Positions 8,210-15,580 of a stretch of 39,220 bases of DNA are shown here, piece by piece. Both the position numbers and the translations under genes were made by a program. The stretch covers positions 1-39,220 of the forward strand of contig JAGWHH010000003.1 of assembly GCA_028866935.1 (NCBI GenBank), written 5' to 3'. The notes beneath the pieces were generated by a model. It did not search any database. It was not told the origin of the DNA and saw only the letters and a program-made list of their open reading frames with translations. The first letter of the stretch is position 1; each line of letters starts with the position of its first letter. Origin of the DNA: Candidatus Micrarchaeota archaeon (GTDB taxonomy: Archaea > Micrarchaeota > Micrarchaeia > Micrarchaeales > CABMGC01).

Positions 8210-8746
8210 ATGCGAGCTTTCACTGGCATAGATCTGCCCGATCAGATAAAAGAGAGCATTGCAGGAGCGCAAGCCCGGCTTGCTGGTAATGGCATTGTTC
8301 CTGTAAATAAGGCGCATCTCCATATAACAATGCACTTCTTTCCACAGATAAGCGACGGGCAGGCAGCAAAGGTAATAAACGCAATAGACACCCAAAACCT
8401 CAGCGAGTTTGAGGTCGAAGTTAAAGGGGTCTCTTATTTTGGAGGAAGCGATGTCAGGGTGGTTTATGCAGGAGTCGAAGACCCTGAAGGCTCAATCAAA
8501 ACGATCTACGACCAGATTTCATCAGAGCTATCAAAGAATTCAGTGCCATTTGACGTAAAGGGCGCATATTTGCCACACGTTACAATAGCCCGCTCAAAAT
8601 CAAGAAATCCCTACCTAAGGCAGTTTATCGCTGACAACCTGAACTACGAATTCGGCAGGTTTGCTGTAAAAGGAATTTTCTTCAAGAAGTCTGTACTTAC
8701 ACAAAAAGGTCCAGTGTACACCGACCTATACGAGCGTCAGATCTGA
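8210..8746 (+). CDS. thpR: RNA 2',3'-cyclic phosphodiesterase (2H family, LigT/ThpR)
   Basis: MRAFTGID start, two HxT motifs (HITM, HVTI) and SVLTQKGPVY. Confidence 0.92.
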   Translation: MRAFTGIDLPDQIKESIAGAQARLAGNGIVPVNKAHLHITMHFFPQISDGQAAKVINAIDTQNLSEFEVEVKGVSYFGGSDVRVVYAGVEDPEGSIKTIYDQISSELSKNSVPFDVKGAYLPHVTIARSKSRNPYLRQFIADNLNYEFGRFAVKGIFFKKSVLTQKGPVYTDLYERQI

Positions 8747-9318
8747 AGGTCAGCCCTTGTCAGGTCAAACTGTTCCTTTTTGAACGGAGTAATAAGTTCA
8801 CCCGGCCTGTACAGGCGGTTTAGCAGGAGCATATTGTAAGACACTCCCGTCTTCAGGTCAAGGGCTATATTCCTGACCTCGTTTCCAAAGAGGTCTATCT
8901 CCATATACTTTCCATGTATGTTATTGTGCAGCAGCTCAGGAATCATCATCATGTCTGTCGTGCCATTCTGCATTCCGAAGATCCTAAGCTCTATGTTTGG
9001 GTCGGTCCACTGATCTACCCTGGCCTTTATTTTTTTCCAATCCTCTGCCTTAGGCGCCCTCAAGAACCTCACTGCAAACATTGACCTGCTATTTACGTCA
9101 TAAATAGATGCAACAGCATCAAATGTTATGTTGCTTGCATAGATGTAGCGCTTCCATTCACCATAAGTCTGGCTTGCAATGCGCCCGGGCTGCAGCTCTA
9201 CAGCCCTGTTCCCAAGCATGTTTACTGATGTGTGGTGCCTATCTCCTGTACTAAGAAGCAAGGGCGCATTGTTGAAGTCTCCAAACGCCCGTTTTTTGTA
9301 CTCTCCCCAAAGATCCAC
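8737..9318 (-). CDS. Hypothetical protein with degenerate CheD-like (deamidase-fold) motifs
   Basis: YASNITFDAVASIYD, LRIFGMQ and EIDLFGNEVRNIALDLKTG. GTG at 9318 preceded by GGTG chosen as start (track start 9414). Confidence 0.55.
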   Translation of the reverse strand: MDLWGEYKKRAFGDFNNAPLLLSTGDRHHTSVNMLGNRAVELQPGRIASQTYGEWKRYIYASNITFDAVASIYDVNSRSMFAVRFLRAPKAEDWKKIKARVDQWTDPNIELRIFGMQNGTTDMMMIPELLHNNIHGKYMEIDLFGNEVRNIALDLKTGVSYNMLLLNRLYRPGELITPFKKEQFDLTRADLQI

Positions 9319-9436
9319 AAAAACACCAATATGCCAATACACAAGTCTTAGGCCATAAACCAATTTATATATTGGCTTACCTGATAGAACCGCTCTGCCT
9401 CTTAACAACTCCATTATTTAACCGCCCCACCATATT

Positions 9437-10054
9437 ATGAAAAACCAAACAGCCGACTTTATATATCTGGCTTTGCATGAAAATGCCGTGGATCTTATGG
9501 CTTTTAGAATAAGGGCTAGAGGGGCAGAAACAGTATCTGCAAAAGTAATCGAGCAGGAAGCAGACCATCAAAGATCAGGGGACATTGCAAGAGAGCATAA
9601 CGGAACCAGAATCAGGCTCGAAAGGTTGCCGCAGCTACTCAACGATCCAAACTTTGTTGAGTCCATAGAAGGCACGCAGTCATACAAAAGGGATGGATAT
9701 ACTTGGTTCTGGACTGACAGCGTAGGCACCAATCTAAGTGGCTACTACAGGATAAATCCACAAGGAAAGACGTTAGATGAAATGTTTACATTCGTATCAG
9801 ATAGTATTGATAGAAATGTCGAAAAGGTTCCATTCAATGAAAGAGCCTATTTCTGGAAAGGGCCCCTGCCCCTGTCCGTGGTTGTCAGGAGGTCGGGCGT
9901 CTACTTCGGGCGTCTGAACGTCGTCGGCTACTACAGGCTTGACAATGTCGCTCCGGTGGTAGTTGTAGAGCAAGCCCAAGCCTTAGGCCATACCCAAACT
10001 AAAAATACTGCGTCTCCTAAGCTGAAGTCTGCATTTAGACGTGTAGTAGAGTAG
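9437..10054 (+). CDS. Orphan protein with a DGR variable-region-like C-terminal segment
   Basis: 205-aa ORF with an abrupt compositional shift and a run of NNC codons at 9861-9960. Confidence 0.7.
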   Translation: MKNQTADFIYLALHENAVDLMAFRIRARGAETVSAKVIEQEADHQRSGDIAREHNGTRIRLERLPQLLNDPNFVESIEGTQSYKRDGYTWFWTDSVGTNLSGYYRINPQGKTLDEMFTFVSDSIDRNVEKVPFNERAYFWKGPLPLSVVVRRSGVYFGRLNVVGYYRLDNVAPVVVVEQAQALGHTQTKNTASPKLKSAFRRVVE

Positions 10055-10235
10055 TTTAGCCCAAAACCATCACATTCGGTAAGGGAGTAATCCAAGGAGC
10101 GTTGCATATGCTGGATTCATAAAATGAGTTAATATAAAGGAAACGTCGTATGAAGCTCCGCTATTTGCCAATATTTATATATATTAGCTTCCAATACCTC
10201 TTTTACTACTACCTACTTGTAGCATCCTGGTTAAA

Positions 10236-10805
10236 ATGAAACTAACAATAGAGGATAACAACGAGCAGTCAATAAGGTTTACGCTAACGGGTTCAAACTA
10301 TTCGTTCGCAAACGCCCTGAGGAGGGGAATGATAAACAGTGTAGGAACCCTAGCCATAGACAAGGTTACTTTTTACGAGAATTCAAGCGCGATGTTCGAT
10401 GAATACATAGCGCACAGAATCGGCCTTATACCCATAACAACACCAAAGGACTATGACCAAAAGGATGAAGTAGTCTTCTCGCTTAGCGCCGAAGGCCCAG
10501 GCATCGTATACTCAAAGGAGCTTGTAAGCACATCAAAGGGCGTAAAAGTAGCAAACGAAAAGATCCCAATAATAAAGCTTGCAGAAGGGCAGAAGCTCAA
10601 GCTTGACGGGAAAGCGGTATTTAGCAACGCGCAGAATAGCGCGAAGTTCCAGCCCGGCCTTGTCACCTACAAGGCAGTGGATGACAAGACGTTCGATTTC
10701 TATGTCGAGACGTTCGGGCAGATGCCTGCCACCGAGATAGTGCACCGTGCGCTAAACGTTATAAGCGATAATGTAAAAGAGGTATACAAGGAAATAAAGA
10801 AGTGA
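10236..10805 (+). CDS. rpoD: RNA polymerase subunit D (Rpo3), short form without Fe-S domain
   Basis: FANALRR, LAIDKV.FYENSSAMFDEYIAHRIGLIP, AKFQP and FYVETFGQM motifs. Confidence 0.95.
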   Translation: MKLTIEDNNEQSIRFTLTGSNYSFANALRRGMINSVGTLAIDKVTFYENSSAMFDEYIAHRIGLIPITTPKDYDQKDEVVFSLSAEGPGIVYSKELVSTSKGVKVANEKIPIIKLAEGQKLKLDGKAVFSNAQNSAKFQPGLVTYKAVDDKTFDFYVETFGQMPATEIVHRALNVISDNVKEVYKEIKK

Positions 10806-10809
10806 TAAC

Positions 10810-10899
10810 GCAGGGGTGGCAGAGCTTGGTCAAATGCGCTGGCTTGAGGGGTCAGTAGCTTTAGTGCTTGCGTGAGTTCAAATCTCACCCCCTGCACCA
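10810..10899 (+). tRNA. tRNA-Leu(GAG), long variable arm, CCA encoded
   Basis: Acceptor GCAGGGG/CCCCTGC, anticodon arm CTGGC-TTGAGGG-GTCAG, T arm GTGAG-TTCAAAT-CTCAC. Confidence 0.95.
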
Positions 10900-10923
10900 A
10901 CTCTTCAAAATAAAGTGAAAGTA

Positions 10924-11268
10924 ATGGAAATTGAAAACACACAGATAAACACGTGGATAGACGCACTGTCCTCAGTCAAGTCCACTGAGAAGAATGCGAA
11001 GCTCCTTGCTTACCTGAGGAAGCTTGCATCAAAGCCAAAGAGGCAGAGGATAAGCGTAAATCTAAGCAAGCTCGACAAGGTCGCAAAGGCAAATGAAAGC
11101 ATAGTAGTTCCAGGAAAGGTTCTGGGAGACGGCAATATAAAGAAGCAGATAAGCATAACTGCAATAGGATACTCGGCAAGCGCAATTGATAAGCTTAAGG
11201 GCTCAGGATGCAAGATAGTTGATATCAAGGAAATGATAAAGGGCGGCGGAGCCCGTATAATAATCTGA
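10924..11268 (+). CDS. rpl18e: 50S ribosomal protein L18e
   Basis: VNLSKL, IVVPGKVLGDG, YSASAIDKL; conserved position after rpoD. Confidence 0.93.
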   Translation: MEIENTQINTWIDALSSVKSTEKNAKLLAYLRKLASKPKRQRISVNLSKLDKVAKANESIVVPGKVLGDGNIKKQISITAIGYSASAIDKLKGSGCKIVDIKEMIKGGGARIII

Positions 11269-11708
11269 TGATATTTATGCAGAATTACATAATAGACGGC
11301 CAAGACAAGGTAATAGGAAGGGCAGGAAGCCAGATAGCAAAGCTTCTGCTCAACGGCAACAATGTCAACTTGGTCAACGCAGAGAAGATGGTAATGACCG
11401 GCCACGAACGCGACATACTCGAAAAGTACAAGCAGCTACTGGAGCTCAAGGACAAGGCAAATCCGGAGCACTCACCATACTGGCCAAGGCGTCCTGACAT
11501 GTTCGTGAAGAGGATAATACGGGGCATGCTGCCTTACAAGAAGCCAAGCGGAAAAGCAGCATTCAAGAGGCTCAAAGTTTTTATAGGAGTTCCAGAAGAA
11601 TTCAAGAGTGCAAAGATGCATGAAGTAAAGACGAAGAAGTCAATGGATATCTTCGAGAATACAATGTCAATAAAGCAGATCACAGAGAAGCTAGGATACA
11701 AAGTTTGA
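11268..11708 (+). CDS. rpl13: 50S ribosomal protein L13 (uL13)
   Basis: IIDG..GR..S.IAK, PRRPD..VKR.IRGMLPYKK and LKVFIGVP motifs. Confidence 0.96.
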   Translation: MIFMQNYIIDGQDKVIGRAGSQIAKLLLNGNNVNLVNAEKMVMTGHERDILEKYKQLLELKDKANPEHSPYWPRRPDMFVKRIIRGMLPYKKPSGKAAFKRLKVFIGVPEEFKSAKMHEVKTKKSMDIFENTMSIKQITEKLGYKV

Positions 11709-11762
11709 TTATATGGCTAAACACCTAATACAAAGCGCTCAAACTGTTAACAACTGATATTT

Positions 11763-12296
11763 ATGGCAAATGGAAAAGGAATAGAAAATCTTGACAAGGA
11801 ACTTGAGACACTATACCAGCCAAAGGCAGCGCAGAAGGCAGCCCTGAAAAAGGCAGCACCAAAGGCAAAGAAGAAGGCGGCAGCAACAAAAAAGCCCATC
11901 CTATCAAAGGGCAAGAGGAAGAAGTCGGTCGCAAGGGCAGCTCTGCTTCCGGGCTCCGGCAGGATAACGCTCAACGGAGTAGACATGGCACTTGTAAAGC
12001 CAAAGGAAGTGCGCGAACTCATACTTGAATCAATAAGGATCTCAAAGGCAGCAAAGGACATCGCATCAGCATCAGACATAAAGATAAACGTTTACGGAGG
12101 GGGATTCAGCGGGCAGGCACAGGCCGCAAGGACTGCGCTCGCAAAGGCAATAGTCGAAGCGTCGGGCTCAGATTCATTAAGACTAATGTACATGAGTTAT
12201 GATAGGTCATTGCTAAAGGATGACTACAGGAGGGTTGAGCCAAAGAAGTTCCTCGGACCAAAGGCGAGAGGAAGGTTCCAGAAATCTTACAGATAA
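11763..12296 (+). CDS. rps9: 30S ribosomal protein S9 (uS9) with Lys/Ala-rich N-terminal extension
   Basis: GKRKKSVARA, GGGFSGQAQA, YDRSLL.DD.RR.EPKK and FQKSYR terminus. Confidence 0.96.
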   Translation: MANGKGIENLDKELETLYQPKAAQKAALKKAAPKAKKKAAATKKPILSKGKRKKSVARAALLPGSGRITLNGVDMALVKPKEVRELILESIRISKAAKDIASASDIKINVYGGGFSGQAQAARTALAKAIVEASGSDSLRLMYMSYDRSLLKDDYRRVEPKKFLGPKARGRFQKSYR

Positions 12297-12314
12297 TACT
12301 CAAAGCTGATAAAA

Positions 12315-12515
12315 ATGATGATACCAATAAGGTGCTTCTCATGCGGACAGGTCGTCGGAGACAAATGGGAGGAATACAACACAAGGGTTAATCAGAACAA
12401 GGAAGATTCAGGAAAGGTTCTTGAAGACCTTAAGGTCAGCAGATACTGCTGCAGACGTATGCTTGTGAGCCACGTAGACCTTATCGATGATGTAATAAAC
12501 TACAGCAGGAAGTAA
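12315..12515 (+). CDS. rpoN: RNA polymerase subunit N (Rpo10)
   Basis: IPIRCFSCG...RYCCRRML zinc motif. Confidence 0.97.
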   Translation: MMIPIRCFSCGQVVGDKWEEYNTRVNQNKEDSGKVLEDLKVSRYCCRRMLVSHVDLIDDVINYSRK

Positions 12516-12565
12516 ACAAGAAAAAGCAAACTTTTAAAATGCAATTACGTTCAATATAAAGCTGC

Positions 12566-12660
12566 GGGGTCGTCTGCTAGCTTGGTTAGGCTCTGTGCTT
12601 AGGGAGCATAAGACCCGCGTTCAAAATAAGCGAAAGCTTATGAAAATCGCGGCGACCCCG
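12566..12660 (+). tRNA. tRNA-Pro with anticodon AGG and a 21-nt intron at position 59/60 (12626-12646)
   Basis: Acceptor GGGGTCG/CGACCCC, anticodon arm TGTGC-TTAGGGA-GCATA, T stem CCGCG/CGCGG. BHB with central helix TTCA/TGAA and 3-nt bulges AAA and AAT. TATA-like TTTTAAAA at 12532-12539. Confidence 0.88.
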
Positions 12661-12674
12661 AATCTGGTGAAAAA

Positions 12675-12860
12675 ATGGTAACGACAAGCAAAAGGCCTCA
12701 GGCAGCAAGCAGGTCAGTCGGCAGCGCAGCCACTATTTTGGCCATAGGACGTAGCGCAACAGTACCCGATGCAAGTGCAAGGAAGGCCACAATTCAAATC
12801 CCAGCCCAAGAGGGCATCAAGATAGATGCCCCATCCAATTGGAAAGTATATTTAGAATAA
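12675..12860 (+). CDS. rpoK: Highly diverged RNA polymerase subunit K (Rpo6)-like protein
   Basis: Syntenic slot rpoN-tRNA-Pro-X-rps2, GGTGA RBS at 12666-12670, and ASRSVGSAATILAIG aligns loosely with RpoK ARIIGARALQLAMG. Confidence 0.5.
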   Translation: MVTTSKRPQAASRSVGSAATILAIGRSATVPDASARKATIQIPAQEGIKIDAPSNWKVYLE

Positions 12861-12878
12861 AGCAACAAAGTGAAAAAC

Positions 12879-13493
12879 ATGGCAAATGAACTGCTAATTG
12901 AACAGGCAACATACCTAGAGGCAGGAATACACATCGGCACTAAGATAAAGACGCCTGGAATGAAGCAATTCATATACAAGGTAAGGGAAGACGGGCTTTA
13001 CCTGCTCGACCTCGCCACCATTGACAACAGGATAAAGATGGCAGCAAGGATGCTCGCACAGTATGAGCCAGGCCAGATTGTAGTCACAGCATCAAGAATC
13101 TACGCCATCGCATCAGCCTCAAAGTTTGCAGAGATAACAAAGACAAAGATCATAAGCGGAAGGGTAGTGCCAGGAATATTCACAAATCCAAACCGCGAAG
13201 ACTACATGGAGCCGGGCATACTCCTGCTAAGCGATACAAGAAACGAGAGGCAGGCAGTGAAAGAGGCAAGCAAGACCAACATACCAATTGTTTCATTATG
13301 CGACACTGACAACTGGATCAAGTATGTCGATCTGGTGGTGCCATGCAACAACAAGGGAAGAAAGTCACTCGCGCTTACATACTTCTTACTTGCAAGGGAG
13401 TTCCTCAAAGAGAAAGGGTTAATAAAGTCAAACGAGGAATTCGATTACAAGGTCTCCGACTTCGAAGCGAAGATGGAGATGAAGGCGAAGTAA
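12879..13493 (+). CDS. rps2: 30S ribosomal protein S2 (uS2)
   Basis: YLEAGIHIGT, IYKVREDGLY, PGIFTNP, CDTDN and PCNNKGRKSLAL motifs. Confidence 0.96.
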   Translation: MANELLIEQATYLEAGIHIGTKIKTPGMKQFIYKVREDGLYLLDLATIDNRIKMAARMLAQYEPGQIVVTASRIYAIASASKFAEITKTKIISGRVVPGIFTNPNREDYMEPGILLLSDTRNERQAVKEASKTNIPIVSLCDTDNWIKYVDLVVPCNNKGRKSLALTYFLLAREFLKEKGLIKSNEEFDYKVSDFEAKMEMKAK

Positions 13494-13508
13494 TTGGAAA
13501 TAAGGGCA

Positions 13509-14015
13509 ATGAAACTTCAGGCAGCCGTTGATTTTCTATCCTCTTACGGATTGGCCATGGTCGTAATGATAATGGCCCTGATCGTCTTCTACCTATTCAC
13601 GTCATCTACAAACACCCAGTCGGTATACTGCAACCCGGCTCCAGGCTTCAGCTGCGATTACTATTCCTACAACAGCATGGGCGTGCTGACAATAAGGCTC
13701 TCGCAGGCTCTTGGCACGCAGATAACCATAGAAGGCGCCGCATGCTCAACGCAGCAGAATTACAGCACAGACACTCCAGCCTATGGGAATGTGTACGTCT
13801 CAAACGGGATAGGGTACTATGCACGCTACGCCCCAGGAAACATTGTCTATAGCAGCGGCTACTACATATTCTATCTATACTGCTATGATGCTGTCGGCCT
13901 TGCCCAGTTCCAGGTAGGGAAGCCGTTCTCAGGGTACGTATGGCTAAACTACTCAATACCAAACTACGGCAACCAGGTTCAGAAAGTGGCTACATTCTCT
14001 GTGTTATCCTCTTAA
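13509..14015 (+). CDS. Type IV pilin-like protein with class III signal peptide
   Basis: MKLQAAVDFLSSYG followed by a hydrophobic helix, then a Cys-containing beta-rich domain (CNPAPGFSC). Confidence 0.7.
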   Translation: MKLQAAVDFLSSYGLAMVVMIMALIVFYLFTSSTNTQSVYCNPAPGFSCDYYSYNSMGVLTIRLSQALGTQITIEGAACSTQQNYSTDTPAYGNVYVSNGIGYYARYAPGNIVYSSGYYIFYLYCYDAVGLAQFQVGKPFSGYVWLNYSIPNYGNQVQKVATFSVLSS

Positions 14016-15475
14016 CCTGCATCTACCTTCTTGAAAAGAAGCTCTCCCTTAGATACCTTTGCACTAAACTTCCTGAATTTGCACTCCTCCAAGGTTCCGA
14101 CCTTGGTTCCGAGCTGCTTCGCGACCTTCTCTGAGGTTTCTGGCATGAACGGGTAAAGAACTATGGATAGCACTCTGCATGCCTCAAGCAGGTTATACAG
14201 TGCATTGCCCAGCTGCTCATCCTTTAGCGCCCATGGCCGCGTATCGTTCACATACTTGTTCGCCGCAGCCACATATTCGAATATCTTGGCAAGCGCGTTG
14301 AAAAGCTCTATGTTGTCCATGCTCTTTGTTATCCCCTCAATGTCAAGCTGCATTTCCAGTTCTACCCTGCCCTCAATCTTTCCGTCAAACTTTTCAGCTA
14401 GCGTAAAGACTCTGTTAAAGAGGTTCCCCAAGTCCGATGCAAGCTCCGTATTCAGCCTAGTCACCAGAGCCTTCTCAGAAAAATCCCCATCATCGCCAAA
14501 TGGCATCTCCCTAAGCAGGAAGTACCTGAAGGCATCTGTAGAGTATTTCCTTGACATGTCTATCGGGTCAACCACATTTCCTACTGATTTTGACATCTTC
14601 TTCCCATCAACAGTCCACCAGCCGTGCGCAAATATCTTCTTCGGAGGTTCCATTCCAGCGCAGAAAAGGAGCGCAGGCCATATCACGCTGTGGAACCAGT
14701 TTATCTCCTTAGCCATCACATGCACATCTGCAGGCCAGAACTCCCCGAAGCGCTTTCCATCAGGCCAGTCAAGAGCAGTCACATAATTAAGCAGCGCATC
14801 TACCCACACATATATGGTATAACTTTTGTCAGGCGGAAACTCAACCCCCCACTTGACTGCAGATCTTGTTATGGATAAATCCTTGAGCCCGGCCTTTACC
14901 CTGTTCTTTATCTCATCGGCCCTGAACTTCGGGGATAGGAAATCCGGATTCTCTTTATAGAAATCCAGGAGCCTTTGCTGGTACTTGCTTAACTTGAAGA
15001 AGTAGTCCTCTTCCTTTATCAGCTTCACCTCTTTGCCGCATTCTGGACATTTCCCATCCCTTAGCTGCAGCTGTGTAAAGAAGGTTTCATCAGATACGCA
15101 GTACCATCCCTCATATATTCCCTTGTAAAGGTCACCGCTTTTGTAGAGCTTGTCCACAAAAAGCTTGACAAGACGCTCATGGTTGGGATCAGATGTGCGC
15201 ACGAAATAGTCATAGGATATGTTGAGCTTCTTCCACGCGTCCTTATACACTACTGCGAGTCCGTCAACGAATTCCTGGGGGCTCTTCCCTGCAGCAGTTG
15301 CCGCCTTCATTATCTTCTCTCCATGCTCATCAGTTCCTGTAAGGAAAAACACATCGTCGCCCCTAAGCCTGTGCCATCTCGCTATCACATCCGCGGCTAT
15401 GGTGGTGTACGCATGGCCTATGTGCGGCTTGTCATTTACGTAATAAATCGGGGTTGTTATGTAGAACTTAGGCAT
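14012..15475 (-). CDS. metG: Methionyl-tRNA synthetase, short bacterial-like (MetRS1) form without C-terminal tRNA-binding domain
   Basis: YITTPIYYVN..HIGH, LTGTDEHG, single knuckle CVSD..CPEC, YVWVDAL, KMSKS. Confidence 0.95.
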   Translation of the reverse strand: MPKFYITTPIYYVNDKPHIGHAYTTIAADVIARWHRLRGDDVFFLTGTDEHGEKIMKAATAAGKSPQEFVDGLAVVYKDAWKKLNISYDYFVRTSDPNHERLVKLFVDKLYKSGDLYKGIYEGWYCVSDETFFTQLQLRDGKCPECGKEVKLIKEEDYFFKLSKYQQRLLDFYKENPDFLSPKFRADEIKNRVKAGLKDLSITRSAVKWGVEFPPDKSYTIYVWVDALLNYVTALDWPDGKRFGEFWPADVHVMAKEINWFHSVIWPALLFCAGMEPPKKIFAHGWWTVDGKKMSKSVGNVVDPIDMSRKYSTDAFRYFLLREMPFGDDGDFSEKALVTRLNTELASDLGNLFNRVFTLAEKFDGKIEGRVELEMQLDIEGITKSMDNIELFNALAKIFEYVAAANKYVNDTRPWALKDEQLGNALYNLLEACRVLSIVLYPFMPETSEKVAKQLGTKVGTLEECKFRKFSAKVSKGELLFKKVDAG

Positions 15476-15580
15476 GATGATCCTTAGGTAAGCTTACTTC
15501 CACTATTCTATTATTTGAGGATAATTTTTATATTGTTCGTAGATGATTGGTAATGGGTCTAGTCTTCATTAGTGATTTTC

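Noticed and set aside
10055-10235. Possible DGR template repeat downstream of the target-like gene
   Set aside because: No similarity to 9861-9960 and no AAC-rich run.
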